Assembly (NCBI GenBank): GCA_000004985.1
Contig: GG738846.1
Length of the DNA stretch: 64,000 nt
Direction: 5' to 3' (one strand)
Origin: Naegleria gruberi
Lineage: Eukaryota
Made by a program: the position numbers and the translations under genes. Numbering within the stretch: the stretch's first letter is position 1; each line of letters opens with the position of its first letter. This document shows, one piece after another, positions 41,609 to 52,499 of the stretch. The notes under the pieces are model-generated. The model was not told the origin of the DNA, searched no databases, and worked only from the letters and a program-made list of their open reading frames with translations.

Positions 41609-43932
41609 TTATTTTCCACCACGTTCTTTTGCCTTTTCTTGGGCAATCTTTTCCTTGATTGCATCCCAATTAGTTTCCATTTCTTGATATTGCAAGAATT
41701 CTGGCTTGTTTTCCTCTTGTCCTGTTTCCATCAAATATCTTCTTCTGTAGGCAATTACAGTATCAATATGTAATTTGAACCTCTTTGCCAAATCCAGAGC
41801 TCTGTCCCATTTATACAATTTTATATGCATCTTCACAGCTCTGTAAATTAATCTGGCTTGCAACAGAATGCTCTCTGCTTCATCAATATTTCTCATAAAT
41901 AAGGCAATGGCTGCATTCTTAGCTTCAGCTGAAGGAAGTCTCTTGATATTTGAAATGTATCTTAATTTGTCAACCTCTTCGAGTGCGGCTAACCCAACTT
42001 CAGCAGTATTGAGCTGGTTCAATTTAATTGCCATACCAACCAATGTAGCCCAAATGGCCTTATCTTTAACAAATCTACAAAGACGGATAGCTTGTTCCCA
42101 CTTTTTGTTTTCTATTAATTCATATAAAATTAATGGATATGGATGAACAGATTCTGTAATTACTGCTCCGTCAATTCTTCTAATATTGATCTTGGTATCG
42201 AAAAAGTCTCTAATGATAGATTGCTTTCCAATGTCATCCTTTTCAAACTTGACATAATCAAGCAAATCTCTGTCTACATATACAATCTTTGGATAATAGT
42301 AAACCAATAGCTGTCCTCCAGAAATAACAGACATCAAATCGGATTGGTCATTCCACATTGCAGAATCAACCATTGTTGCCAATTTGAAAACATCTCCTGT
42401 CTTTTTGGCCTGACTAATGTACAAATCTCTATTTCTATCAATAAATGCAATACATCTCTCACTCTTTGGGCCGAACTGGCTTACTTCGACTTGAGTTATT
42501 TCCATGTTATGCACAATCTTATCCAATTCTTTACCATTATTAACATCGAGCAACCTAATTGCTGTTGATTTGGCCTCTCCCTTATCAATGATAGCAATAA
42601 TATCATCGCTAAGACCAACAGCTTGATTATTCAAAAATTCTGTTCTTAAACCAGAGAATTTTGGATTACTCAATAATCTACCTTCATAGTTGTAAATTTG
42701 AATACCACTGAAATTGTCCATAGTAAGGAAGTTGTTTTTTGATTGCAAAATGAGATTGATATTATCCTTTACATCAAAAACATGAGGGGTTCCCAAGTTC
42801 TTGATATCATATACCCAAACTTGGGTCCATGTTGCAACAATTAATTTACCAAATCCTAGAGACCAGTTAATGACCTTATCACGGAACGAAATATCTTCAG
42901 ATCCTTCAGAGACGAGGTCAAAAACTTTAAGAGTAACATCATTTTCTAGCGAGACGAGTAAATTCTTCCATGCCAAGGATTTACCAACAATGTTTCCAAA
43001 ACAAACTCTTCCATTACCACCTCCTGCAGCAATTTGTGTTCCATCACTAGTCCAAGAAATATCTGTAATACTTCCTGTATTTGTTGTGTTTCTAGAGATT
43101 GTCCAACCTGATTTATCACAAATCTTGAGTGTATTGAAAGATCCAACAGCAAACAATTCACCATTAGGGGACCAGGATACACTTGTTATACTGTAATCAA
43201 ATGGAGTACTTGTATATAAAAGTCGTCCAAAATTGTCCCAAACCTTATATTTACCGTCTTCACCTCCACTAACAATCATGTTAGTGAGAGGATTCCAATC
43301 AACTTTGAGAATTTGAGAATCGTGAGCCTTCCATTGTATTTGTTTAGAGGCAACATGGATTGGCTTAATAACCAATTCTCTTCCATTTGTAAATAAAACT
43401 TCCTCACTAGATGGCCCCCAAGTTACTGAATAAACACTCTTTCCGACACTTGCTAGAGTGGATCGGAGCTGGCCACCTCTTGACCAAATTCTCAATACAC
43501 CATCTTCACCTGCGGTCACTAGGGCATTACCTTCATAACTCCAACGAATGGTAACTACGGCACCCTTGTGTGCGTTTGCAACTGTTTTTTCAATTCTTCC
43601 TGTTTTTGACACTAACCTAAATGATCCATCGGCACAACTTATTGCAAAAACATCTGATGTACTTGATGCTAATTTTTTGCTATATGATGGAAACCAGTGC
43701 ATATCGGTAACAATTACATCCAACTCACTCAATTTCGCTATTGGTTCTCCATTTAAATTCCATTTCCAAATAGATTTATCATCAGAAATACTAAATAATT
43801 GATTTTCTCCTCGTGACCATCCAACACAAGTGCAAACTTCCTTGTCTTTATAAATATTTATTGATTTAGAGGGTACAAGCTCAAAACACACTTACGTTGT
43901 TGTGCTGTAGACTCTTGGAGTTGTAGTTTCAT
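41609..43932 (-). CDS. IFT80: Intraflagellar transport protein 80 (WD-repeat). Two exons: complement(join(41609..~43845, ~43896..43932)); intron ~51 nt.
   Basis: Near-colinear with human IFT80 along its length (...CVGW..., LVTAGEDG.LRIWS, SVTWGPSSEEVLFTNGRELVIKP, WKAHD..ILKVDWN, SAMWNDQSDL..., LCRFVKDKAIWATLVGMAI...). The 37-nt 5' exon MKLQLQESTAQQ(H) plus intron restores MKLQLQESTAQQHKEVCTCVGW (cf. [22 protein letters not shown]). Confidence 0.9.
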
Positions 43933-43966
43933 TTTTTCTCTCTTTGTATTTCCCTCAATAATTTAA

Positions 43967-44013
43967 AACCGCCAACAACAATCAGTAGACATTAAAAAAC
44001 GGTTGGCGGGAAA
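43967..44013. promoter_or_regulatory. Two inverted E2F-like elements upstream of IFT80: AACCGCCAAC (43967-43976) and GGTTGGCGGGAAA (44001-44013, reverse complement TTTCCCGCCAACC)
   Basis: TTTCCCGCC is a textbook E2F core. Positions are about -35 and -70 from the IFT80 ATG. Confidence 0.35.
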
Positions 44014-44043
44014 TTGATGAACAATGAATCCAAATCCTTTTAC

Positions 44044-46679
44044 TTAAAGATAATCTGTGCCCATCGATGATTCTGTATTGTCATTATCATTAACTTCGGT
44101 CCTATTCATATTTTCTCTCATGTTATTGATAGATATTTCACAAAGACGATAGAGTTGGAAGGTTGCTTGGTCAATTGTGCCTGTTTGAGTTTGCTCATTG
44201 ATGATGGTATTTAATAAATCTCTTGCCTCCTCAAATTTACTATCTTCAAATAATTGGTGAGCTCCGTTATATTCATCCCATTTGTGTTTTTTCGTTTTCT
44301 CATGCAATTCATACATCCACTTTATAAAAACAATGAATAACATTTGAGATTAATAATACTTACCTCTTGGTCCTGTTGAATTATCTTCTCCTCTCCAACT
44401 TCATACAAGTTGTAAATTTCCTCTTCCCTTCCTTCCGTATTTAGGCAAGTGTTTGAAAAACTTGTTTGGCTATTGAGTAGAAAAACATTTCCAATAAATC
44501 TGTGATAGTACTTTTCACTAGTGGCCTTTTTGAAATATTCTGGAACAGTCATCTTGATATCTAATTCAACACAAATATCATTCATCTTTCGAATGGTTTC
44601 CATTACATGATCAGTATTAAAAGGAGTGAAAATAGTTGGTGTGGCAAGACCACATAATAACTTTTGTTGAAACGTCACCATTCTAAACTTGATTGGATGT
44701 TTGATTTTGATCTTTTCTAATTGATCTAAAAAGAAATAATTGTTAGAGATGATCTTATCAATTGGGAAAGTATTAGTGGCAAAATTATAAAAGAGACCAA
44801 TAACATTAGTAGAGAGAAATCCAGCCTTACACCCCTTCTGACTACACATTGTTGTTATCTTTTCACAACATTCCAATAAAAAGTGAATAGCTTCTCCCAT
44901 ATTTGAGGTGGCAACTTGATCAAGTCCTTCAAGTGAGACGCCAACACATATAACTTCTCTTTCTTCAATCACTTGTTGGTGTCTCTTCTTGTTGGCAAAT
45001 TTAAAGCTATTGGAGAGGAAAGATCCAATTCCTTCCTTATTTTGGGTTTTGGCGAATTGTTGGGAGGATTTCAAATCAATTGATTTGTTAATGGACAAAT
45101 CGGATTCATACTTGACAATGGGATTTTTCTGAATAAATGATTGATTATTACTCTGTGGACTCACCAACCTTCCAATCATTTCTCTTAAAAACTTGAATTC
45201 GTGGAGATTTCTCACGAGAGGTGTTTTTAAATTCTTCTTTCTTGGAACTCCATTAAAACTTTCCTTGATACCATACGTTTCGTCAACCATTTGAAAAATC
45301 TCATTAAGCGGCCTCAAAAAGAGCCAAATAAATGTAATTGAAAGAATAGCCAATACAATAAATAATATCAAGTTGGCTGCTAAGGTTATTAGCATTGGTG
45401 AAACGAGAGAACTTGTCAAACTGCTTGTTGGTATGGAGGTCACAAGGATTAAATCCAGTCTTTCACCTAAGCACATTCTCTTCATAAACAGGGTTTGGAT
45501 ACTATCAGCATCCTCTACTATTATCTGTTGGGAGCATTCTGTTGGCTTTGATTTCTTAATTTTCTCTATTTGAGTACTGGAAAAGTCAAATTTAGCACCA
45601 AGAACAGAGGTTGAGTTTGTATCCATGAGCATTATATTTCCATTAACTGAATAGTACATTGTTGGTACAAGAGCCTTTGCACACAGTCTATTCAAACTTA
45701 GATCCATTGCAAAGTAGTAAAAGTTAGACTTGGAATCTATCCACTTTTTTAACAGTCTAACAGTATTTCTTTCAGATACAAGTCCAACTATTTGAATTGA
45801 TTGAAAATTATCCCTCACTAGAGTATTCTCAATTCTTAACTCTGTATTAGAAAATGTTTTCGAAGAACCCATCTCACATTCACTCTTACTTGTCCAATCT
45901 TGACAAAAAGTTAGGGAATTGAGGGATTGGGATGAATTCATCATGTATAATTCTCCACCATAATAAAAAACTCCAACCTTATTTCCAAAAGCATCTCCAA
46001 TATAAATAGAACTAACGAGATCTAACTCCTTTTCAACTATTGCCTTGAATACTCCAAAAAAATTAAACTCTCCATTTTTCAAATCACTAATAGAATCATT
46101 AATCAAAATCTTCAATTGGCTAGTGACAGACTCCGATAATATAAGCATGTTATTAAGAGTGTTTTCAATATTTTTCTCTGAATTCAAAGAATCGAGTATT
46201 ACTATCTTGTTATTTGTATTTTTCAAAGTCAATCCAAAGGAGACTATCCACGAACAAGTCAACAAAATAAATAATAGAAATAATATAAAGCAAAACACAA
46301 CACTCAGCCAACATTTGACTGTTTGTTTCGATTGAAGCCATATAATACATTCTCCCTCAGAATTTTCCTTATTTTCTTCACCCATTGATGTATTCTCTTC
46401 TTCAGTTTCTTCATTGTTCGATTCTGGTGTTAGTACTCTTCGCGATATTTCAATAGACTGTTGTATTTCGGGTTGATGTTTTGCAGAGTTGACCATTTCA
46501 TTAGCAATATTCTTGTGATCGTTGGGGGAGGCATTTAAATTCGCAAAGACAGGTTCAGGTATTTCTCTATTCGAAAGAGAGAGCGAGAGTCGTCTAGATT
46601 TCGTTGAGGAAATACTGTGAGAGCTATTAGATGAGGTAAAGGGCATTACCAGAGTTGATGATATTGTACTGGGCTGCAT
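44044..46679 (-). CDS. Two-TM sensor protein with a C-terminal degenerate cyclase-homology-like domain (receptor-type nucleotidyl-cyclase-like, probably catalytically inactive). Two exons: complement(join(44044..~44339, ~44386..46679)).
   Basis: TM1 CWLSVVFCFILFLLFILLTCSWIVSFGL, a ~300-aa extracytoplasmic region, TM2 MLITLAANLILFIVLAILSITFIWLFL, then ...EVICVGVSLEGLDQVATSNMGEAIHFL...FRMVTFQQKLLCGLATP...FTPFNTDHVMETIRKM... This resembles a class III cyclase domain but lacks the metal-binding Asp residues. A 46-nt intron (GTAAGTATTATTAATC...TATAAAG) joins it to the downstream 99-aa ORF. Confidence 0.5.
45872..46358. repeat. Copy A of a 487-bp duplicated segment (5' coding part of the sensor gene). 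About 99% identical to 51783..52269.
   Basis: The identical 96-aa antisense ORF appears at 46045..46335 and 51954..52244. Direct sequence comparison shows a single mismatch region (ataAtt vs ataCtt). Confidence 0.8.
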
Positions 46680-46737
46680 ATTACAAGCAAGTTGGAATGA
46701 AATGGTGATAGAACGACCTTTTTTTGATCTATTTCTG

Positions 46738-46966
46738 AGGTGTACTGATATCTCTTTTCAATAAACTTCAAGAATTTAAAATAGGTAGACTATACTTTTT
46801 GTATTGAATAATTGTAATTTACAATTTCTTATTTTCAAAAACTGACTCTGAAATTATTGGTACAAAATCTTCGGCCTTATATAATTTGTGTTCGTTAATA
46901 TATTTCTCAACCTTATCGTGAACATAGTATTTTACAGAGTTGTTTCTTCGAACCAATTGTCTAATT
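46738..46966. repeat. 229-bp fragment duplicating the NMNAT 3' end (last ~49 codons plus 80 nt of 3' flank). Copy of 52271..52499.
   Basis: gtgtactgatatctcttttcaataaacttcaag...gaaccaattgtctaa is shared. Similarity ends abruptly at 46966 (A: ttcatgttgg; B: ctttggtaga). Confidence 0.8.
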
Positions 46967-47614
46967 CATGTTGGTGTGGGTGTAATTAAGTTGGGGGGCT
47001 ACGTGCAGTTAAGAACAACTAGATCAGATGCTCTATTCAGTCTGTGTAAAGTTACTTTTGGTTGCAACGAAGGAATGGAATTTTCTAATTATTTTGAGCG
47101 TATCTGTCTAGAATCTACAGTGAGACCTTTTCCAAGATTAAATAAAACAACTTTGGATAATTTAATAACAATTATTCCTTCGTCCCAATTAATATCAATC
47201 TCAAAAAGAGGAAATTCCAATGGATTTCTATGTATCATCAAGTTGTGTCAATCCTCCCAACATTATTTATTGAGATAATCAATGGGTTCCAGATCTTGTA
47301 AAAAGCACTAATATGACAACACTTTCCCCAAAAAATGAATGACTGAATTAACAATCATAGACAAAACCCCAAATTAGAAATTTGTTACAGTAACTTTTAT
47401 TTGAATTCAGTAGATTCACAAGAAGAGATCTCAGAAGGAGACTTGATAGAAAAATTATTGAAAATGTACATTATGTATTACCAATCTCAAACCTTTGGAA
47501 AAATTTAGTGATACTATAAGATGCATTACATCCTTCTTGATTATTCACAAAATGTGATGTTTTCGTTTTTTTTTCCTAAAATTTTACAACGAAAGTGCGC
47601 ACCAATCAAATTAC

Positions 47615-47650
47615 TGGCGTAACATTAATTGCGTCAAAAAGTGTTTTGAC
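47615..47650. promoter_or_regulatory. Perfect 15-bp-stem palindrome ttaattgcgtcaaaa(agtg)ttttgacgcaattaa, 15 bp upstream of the F-box/LRR gene start
   Basis: Read directly from sequence. Function unknown (hairpin or dimeric TF site). Confidence 0.3.
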
Positions 47651-47662
47651 GCAATTAAAAAA

Positions 47663-49318
47663 ATGTTTGGACGCAAACACATTAGAGAAAATAGGCAGAA
47701 CAGCACAACTATACCTTTTGGTGGCGCACTTCCAACAATAATTTCTTTTCTTGATCAAAAATCATTTCTGTCTTTTGTTGGTGTTTGTAGTTACATCCGA
47801 TATTTTGTAGAATCAATGAAAATAACTAAAGAGTTTGATTCTAACAAAAGGAATGTACATGCCGTTTATTTAGCAACGAGACAATTAAATTTTGAAAAAG
47901 TTTCCTTCCACAAACTGTTCACCAAATTATCATTCACAAAAGTCTCTGTTTCCAAAAATCAAATGAACCTATTATTAACATCCAACAAAGTAGATAGTCT
48001 CACATTTAGATCTTCACAAGTATCACTCCCTAATTCACTCCCTAACATCATATCCACAATTTCCAAACTTGTTTTAGAAAATATGGTAATTGATGTTGGT
48101 AAAATAGGGAACGTATTCAATAACATTAAGCATATGTCTTTTAAAAAAGTTGGTTTTAATTGGAACTTGATGGAGCAATTTTTAAAATTGAAGTTTAATT
48201 GTTTAGAAAGTTTATATTTTAGAGATGATGAATTGGATACTGATTGCATCAATATTTTTTTTATGAGCAGGAACTTTAAAACTCTAAAATCTATTACGTT
48301 CAAGAGTTATTGTTTAAACTATATTGCCAAAATCAACAAAGATAACTTCCCACATCTAGAAAAATTTACCTTGAAATCACGTTACAAAAATGATGAAAAT
48401 ATTATAAATATATTAGAAAGTCAGTTAGATCTGAAAGAATTATATACCTATACTACACTATCAGAAGAGATAATCTCAAGCTTGTTGAAAAATCCTAATT
48501 TAAATATTATTAATATGATAGCACCAAGCATTTTTGAACAGGCGCAGATAGACGAGAAGCTTTTTTTTTTGTTAATGAGTAGACTAAAATGCTTAACTGA
48601 AATTTCTTTAATAATACCATCTAATCTTGTGCCCATTTTAACTGCAAACACTAATGCACAAAAGATAGCAATTAATACATCATCAATTCCAGCTATTCAA
48701 ACGCCATTATTCAACTTTCAATCAATCCTTCGGATATTAGAATTGCATAATACTTCATTACTAGATATTGATTGTGTTGCCATAAGCTCCTCCAATATTA
48801 AGGAACTTAAGATGGTTAGCTGTAATTTCATTGGTGAAGGATATACTAATATCGCAAACATGACTCAACTAAAGGTTCTTTCACTTAACCGCTTGCTCTT
48901 CCCAACGACAATAATTGATCCATTCCACATTTTTTTGGGTGGTTCATTAATTTCACTGGAGAAGTTTGAATACACTTCATTGCACTTCAGAAACGACTTT
49001 TGTTTACCAAACGACCTAGTTAACCTTCCCAAATTGACATTTTTTGAAACCTGTTCTCCTACTTATATTGATTTGCAGAAACTTTTACAAAATTCTAAAG
49101 TAGCTACATTAGATCTTTCTTTTGAGTTTTTTTTGAATTTCGAGTTCTTGGACAACCTCTTAACTAAAAATCATTCCATTACCCAGCTAATACTACCACC
49201 AAAGGCCGAAGAAAGGTTCAAAGATCAAAGAAAATCATACCTCAAACAAATATCTAGAATTCAAAAACTGTTCAATATTCAAGTTTCATTTAGCAAACAT
49301 ATGCTTGTGTTTGAATAA
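47663..49318 (+). CDS. Hypothetical F-box-like / leucine-rich-repeat protein
   Basis: N-terminal LPTIISFLDQKSFLSFVGVCSYIRYF is F-box-like, followed by irregular LRR-like L..L..L.L units. Lies in the 4.8-kb block between the duplicated segments. Confidence 0.4.
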   Translation: MFGRKHIRENRQNSTTIPFGGALPTIISFLDQKSFLSFVGVCSYIRYFVESMKITKEFDSNKRNVHAVYLATRQLNFEKVSFHKLFTKLSFTKVSVSKNQMNLLLTSNKVDSLTFRSSQVSLPNSLPNIISTISKLVLENMVIDVGKIGNVFNNIKHMSFKKVGFNWNLMEQFLKLKFNCLESLYFRDDELDTDCINIFFMSRNFKTLKSITFKSYCLNYIAKINKDNFPHLEKFTLKSRYKNDENIINILESQLDLKELYTYTTLSEEIISSLLKNPNLNIINMIAPSIFEQAQIDEKLFFLLMSRLKCLTEISLIIPSNLVPILTANTNAQKIAINTSSIPAIQTPLFNFQSILRILELHNTSLLDIDCVAISSSNIKELKMVSCNFIGEGYTNIANMTQLKVLSLNRLLFPTTIIDPFHIFLGGSLISLEKFEYTSLHFRNDFCLPNDLVNLPKLTFFETCSPTYIDLQKLLQNSKVATLDLSFEFFLNFEFLDNLLTKNHSITQLILPPKAEERFKDQRKSYLKQISRIQKLFNIQVSFSKHMLVFE

Positions 49319-49346
49319 AATGTTAAAATAACATGCTTTGTCTTAT

Positions 49347-49913
49347 TTATTGATGTTTTTGAATTTTACCAGATACTGACTTTCTAAATAACTTCCTAAC
49401 GAATATCTTAAGAATAATAGTTAACAAAATAACAATAAAGAGCAAAGGATATCCAAAAACGAAAGGGAAAAGAGCATAATATTGGTGGAAGTTAATAGTT
49501 AAATCCTTGGCATGTAAAAAACTGGTCAAAATAATCACCGAGCCAAAATGAAGCAAAACACCAACAAAAACAAGGATTCTAAAAACCAACAAAAAACCCT
49601 CATATCTTTCTTTCTTAATCAATTTTGTTGCATTATAATTCATAAAATCTACGTTAAGTATTACGTCAATGAAAGTAATAAAGGCAGAATAAGTTGTAAT
49701 TTTTACCGCATTACCAAAAATCTGTGAAGTTATTTCAGAGACCACCCTTAAAGAGATGTACGAATCATTGATATCATTACTGGTATTTTTGATTGCAAGT
49801 TGCTTGTTAGTAGGTACGGTTATGAAATAAAATGCTAAACTCATGAACAGACCAAATGTAAGGTTAAACCAAACAGTGATTTGGGCTTCTCTATCCTTAG
49901 CCATAGTGTCCAA
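49347..49913 (-). CDS. Hypothetical small multi-pass membrane protein
   Basis: 188 aa with 4 predicted TM helices. The reading frame stays open a further ~75 codons upstream, until a stop inside the left TIR of the MITE-like element. Confidence 0.35.
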   Translation of the reverse strand: MDTMAKDREAQITVWFNLTFGLFMSLAFYFITVPTNKQLAIKNTSNDINDSYISLRVVSEITSQIFGNAVKITTYSAFITFIDVILNVDFMNYNATKLIKKERYEGFLLVFRILVFVGVLLHFGSVIILTSFLHAKDLTINFHQYYALFPFVFGYPLLFIVILLTIILKIFVRKLFRKSVSGKIQKHQ

Positions 49914-50076
49914 ATTTTTTTTGATATCTTTGTTTTTTGACTCATATTTCGCCTTTAACTCTCTGAGTATTTTCAGAGTTGGTGGTGGTCCCCATAAATA
50001 TTTAAAAAATTGAAGACTTGCACCAAAACTTTTATAGTCTTTGCCATCACTCTCGCCATCACGCTTGTAGCCTGAA

Positions 50077-50570
50077 GGATAATTACTGTAAAACCTGGTG
50101 CGTAAGACTCATTACTGCGTAAGACTTTCTATTTAAAAAAAATGACAAAATCATAATCGTGTGCCAACGACATCAACGAAAAAACAAACCAACAATCGAA
50201 TAAACAAATTATTCCAATTCTTATAGAGGGTTGTATTTATTATTTATCTAATTTCCTACCACCAACAAAAACACCAGTTTGCGCAATTAAAAAATCAACT
50301 TGAAACAATTCCGCAAAGTGAGCTTTCGAACCTGCAAAACCGAATTTTTGAATAATCTATTTGATGCTGATATTGGTGATTCACATCCCAATATATATTC
50401 TATATTATAATTCTATTCTACTGATGGTTTTGCAATAACAGATTGTGATCTTGCAGAAACAACAACAATTAAAATTTGCGAGCGTGTGGGTTCTCTCTTT
50501 TTTTTTTGTTGCCGAGAAAAGGTTTTCCCGAGCTAAAGTCTTACGCACCAGGTTTTACAGTAATTCCTTG
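50077..50570. mobile_element. MITE-like non-autonomous DNA element, ~490 bp, with 29-bp perfect (34-bp with one indel) terminal inverted repeats and no coding capacity
   Basis: Left end aagga(t)AATTACTGTAAAACCTGGTGCGTAAGACT (50082-50110). Right end AGTCTTACGCACCAGGTTTTACAGTAATTcctt (50537-50570) is its exact reverse complement. Subterminal direct repeat gcgtaagact x2. AT-rich interior. No clear target-site duplication. Confidence 0.5.
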
Positions 50571-51272
50571 TTCCAAAAAAAGTTTTTGCGGAACTTCTTT
50601 AGAGGAAAAATAATAGTCATGCCTTAGCTCTGAGGGTTGTCTTTCATATTTTTTCAAAAACTTGCTGTATTCCTCAAGGTCTTCTTTTAATTCTACCAAA
50701 TTTTTGATGATACTTAGGAATAGTTTTTGCCTTTTGGGTGGTAGTTCGTTTGTGGGAATATTTGTATAGCCCTGGATTTTGGTAGGAAAATCATAAAAAA
50801 AGGAAAACGAGTCTACAACACCACCAAAAGAAGCACAACAGTTTTCTAAGTGCTCTCCGAGAAGCAAATAATCTTCTAATAACTTGGCAGCTTTTTGTTC
50901 ATTTTTTCTGCGATTGAGATCTTAATCCCTTAAATTCTATGTTTATTAGGAGTAGAATGAGGGTTCTATCCTTAATTGAGTGAAAATTCTTAAAAGATGA
51001 ATTGTGAATTATGAAAAGTAAGTGAAATTTATTAAGCGACATTGATCCATCCTCGGACATTTGGCTTGTGTAATTTGATTGTAATGGTAGAATACACGAG
51101 GATTGATGACAAAAGCAAGTTGAGTGCAAAAAGTTCTTGCTTCAATACCAAAAATGTTGTGGTATTTGATACACCAAGGATAATCTACCCATAGATCAGA
51201 GATAAACAGTTCTTGATGTAAACAAAGAAATTTTTCCATCACCATTTTCAATCCTCTATCCTTCAAATACAC
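50541..51272 (-). pseudogene. Two adjacent minus-strand ORFs (108 and 87 aa) that cannot be joined by a canonical intron. Possible degenerate gene of unknown family.
   Basis: ...DYPWCIKYHNIFGIEARTF... and ...LEDYLLLGEHLENCCASFGGVV.... No in-frame ATG for the downstream part and no GT-AG junction found. Confidence 0.2.
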
Positions 51273-51739
51273 TTATTGGAATCCCCTCCAAAAACCAAAT
51301 ATTAAAACGAAGAGCTGATAGATACAAAACCACTGTGACTGGTTTAATAAAAAAAATGAACCATCTGTTGACCAGTCAAAAGATAAAGGGATATTTGGCT
51401 TTGTACAATATTTTAATGGCTGTTGTTTTGTGTTTAGGCTTCCGATGCTACCGTTTACTACTAAATGCTTACTAAGGTATGTTTTACACTATCGCTTAAT
51501 CCTAGAAATGAAGTGACTTTTCGGAACCCTTGTCTTAATCGGGATGGAGTTAGTAACAGATCCAGCCATCATTGTTGATAATGTTACAAATTATGGTTGC
51601 AAGAATGGTACTAAACCTTCATCTGAAGAGTACACCAGTGTAGCCGTGCAAACAATGTTACTTGATTATTTGAGATGCGTTTTTTGTCTTTTTACTCTTC
51701 CTGCCACTTTTATTTGGTATTCTTATTATTTTCAGGATA

Positions 51740-52303
51740 CTAATACCTCAGACAATTACCATCCAGCAACAGGATCTGCATTTCACATTCACTCTTACTT
51801 GTCCAATCTTGACAAAAAGTTAGGGAATTGAGGGATTGGGATGAATTCATCATGTATACTTCTCCACCATAATAAAAAACTCCAACCTTATTTCCAAAAG
51901 CATCTCCAATATAAATAGAACTAACGAGATCTAACTCCTTTTCAACTATTGCCTTGAATACTCCAAAAAAATTAAACTCTCCATTTTTCAAATCACTAAT
52001 AGAATCATTAATCAAAATCTTCAATTGGCTAGTGACAGACTCCGATAATATAAGCATGTTATTAAGAGTGTTTTCAATATTTTTCTCTGAATTCAAAGAA
52101 TCGAGTATTACTATCTTGTTATTTGTATTTTTCAAAGTCAATCCAAAGGAGACTATCCACGAACAAGTCAACAAAATAAATAATAGAAATAATATAAAGC
52201 AAAACACAACACTCAGCCAACATTTGACTGTTTGTTTCGATTGAAGCCATATAATACATTCTCCCTCAGAGGTGTACTGATATCTCTTTTCAATAAACTT
52301 CAA
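51740..52303 (-). pseudogene. Truncated duplicate of the sensor/cyclase-like gene (residues ~100-270, single L to V change). No start region or cyclase-like domain.
   Basis: Protein EGECIIWLQSKQTVKCWLSVVFCFILFLLFILLTCSWIVSFGL...GGEVYMMNSSQSLNSLTFCQDWTSKSECEM is identical to the 44322..46679 product apart from ELY to EVY. It is fused at 52270 directly to the NMNAT 3' flank. Confidence 0.7.
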
Positions 52304-52499
52304 GAATTTAAAATAGGTAGACTATACTTTTTGTATTGAATAATTGTAATTTACAATTTCTTATTTTCAAAAACTGACTCTGAAATTATTGGTACAAAAT
52401 CTTCGGCCTTATATAATTTGTGTTCGTTAATATATTTCTCAACCTTATCGTGAACATAGTATTTTACAGAGTTGTTTCTTCGAACCAATTGTCTAACTT
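51783..52499. repeat. Copy B of the duplicated block. Equals copy A 45872..46358 joined directly to 46738..46966, i.e. lacking A's intervening 379 bp.
   Basis: Junction in B is ...ctccctcagaG|GTGTACTGA.... In A the same two pieces are separated by the sensor gene's 5' coding end and upstream region. Micro-homology (gagg) at the junction. Confidence 0.8.

Noticed and set aside
50077-50570. Target-site duplication flanking the MITE-like element
   Set aside because: Flanks (…cttgtagcctg / gttccaaaaaa…) share no 2-10 bp direct repeat under either TIR boundary definition. The element may be old, or may have inserted with deletion. Mobility therefore stays a hypothesis.
46967-51782. Helitron or other large transposon carrying the F-box gene as the origin of the 4.8-kb block
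   Set aside because: No 5'-TC...CTRR-3' termini with a 3' hairpin, no Rep/helicase or transposase ORF, and no TSD at the block boundaries. The block is bounded by duplicated host sequence, which fits duplication or insertion rearrangement better.
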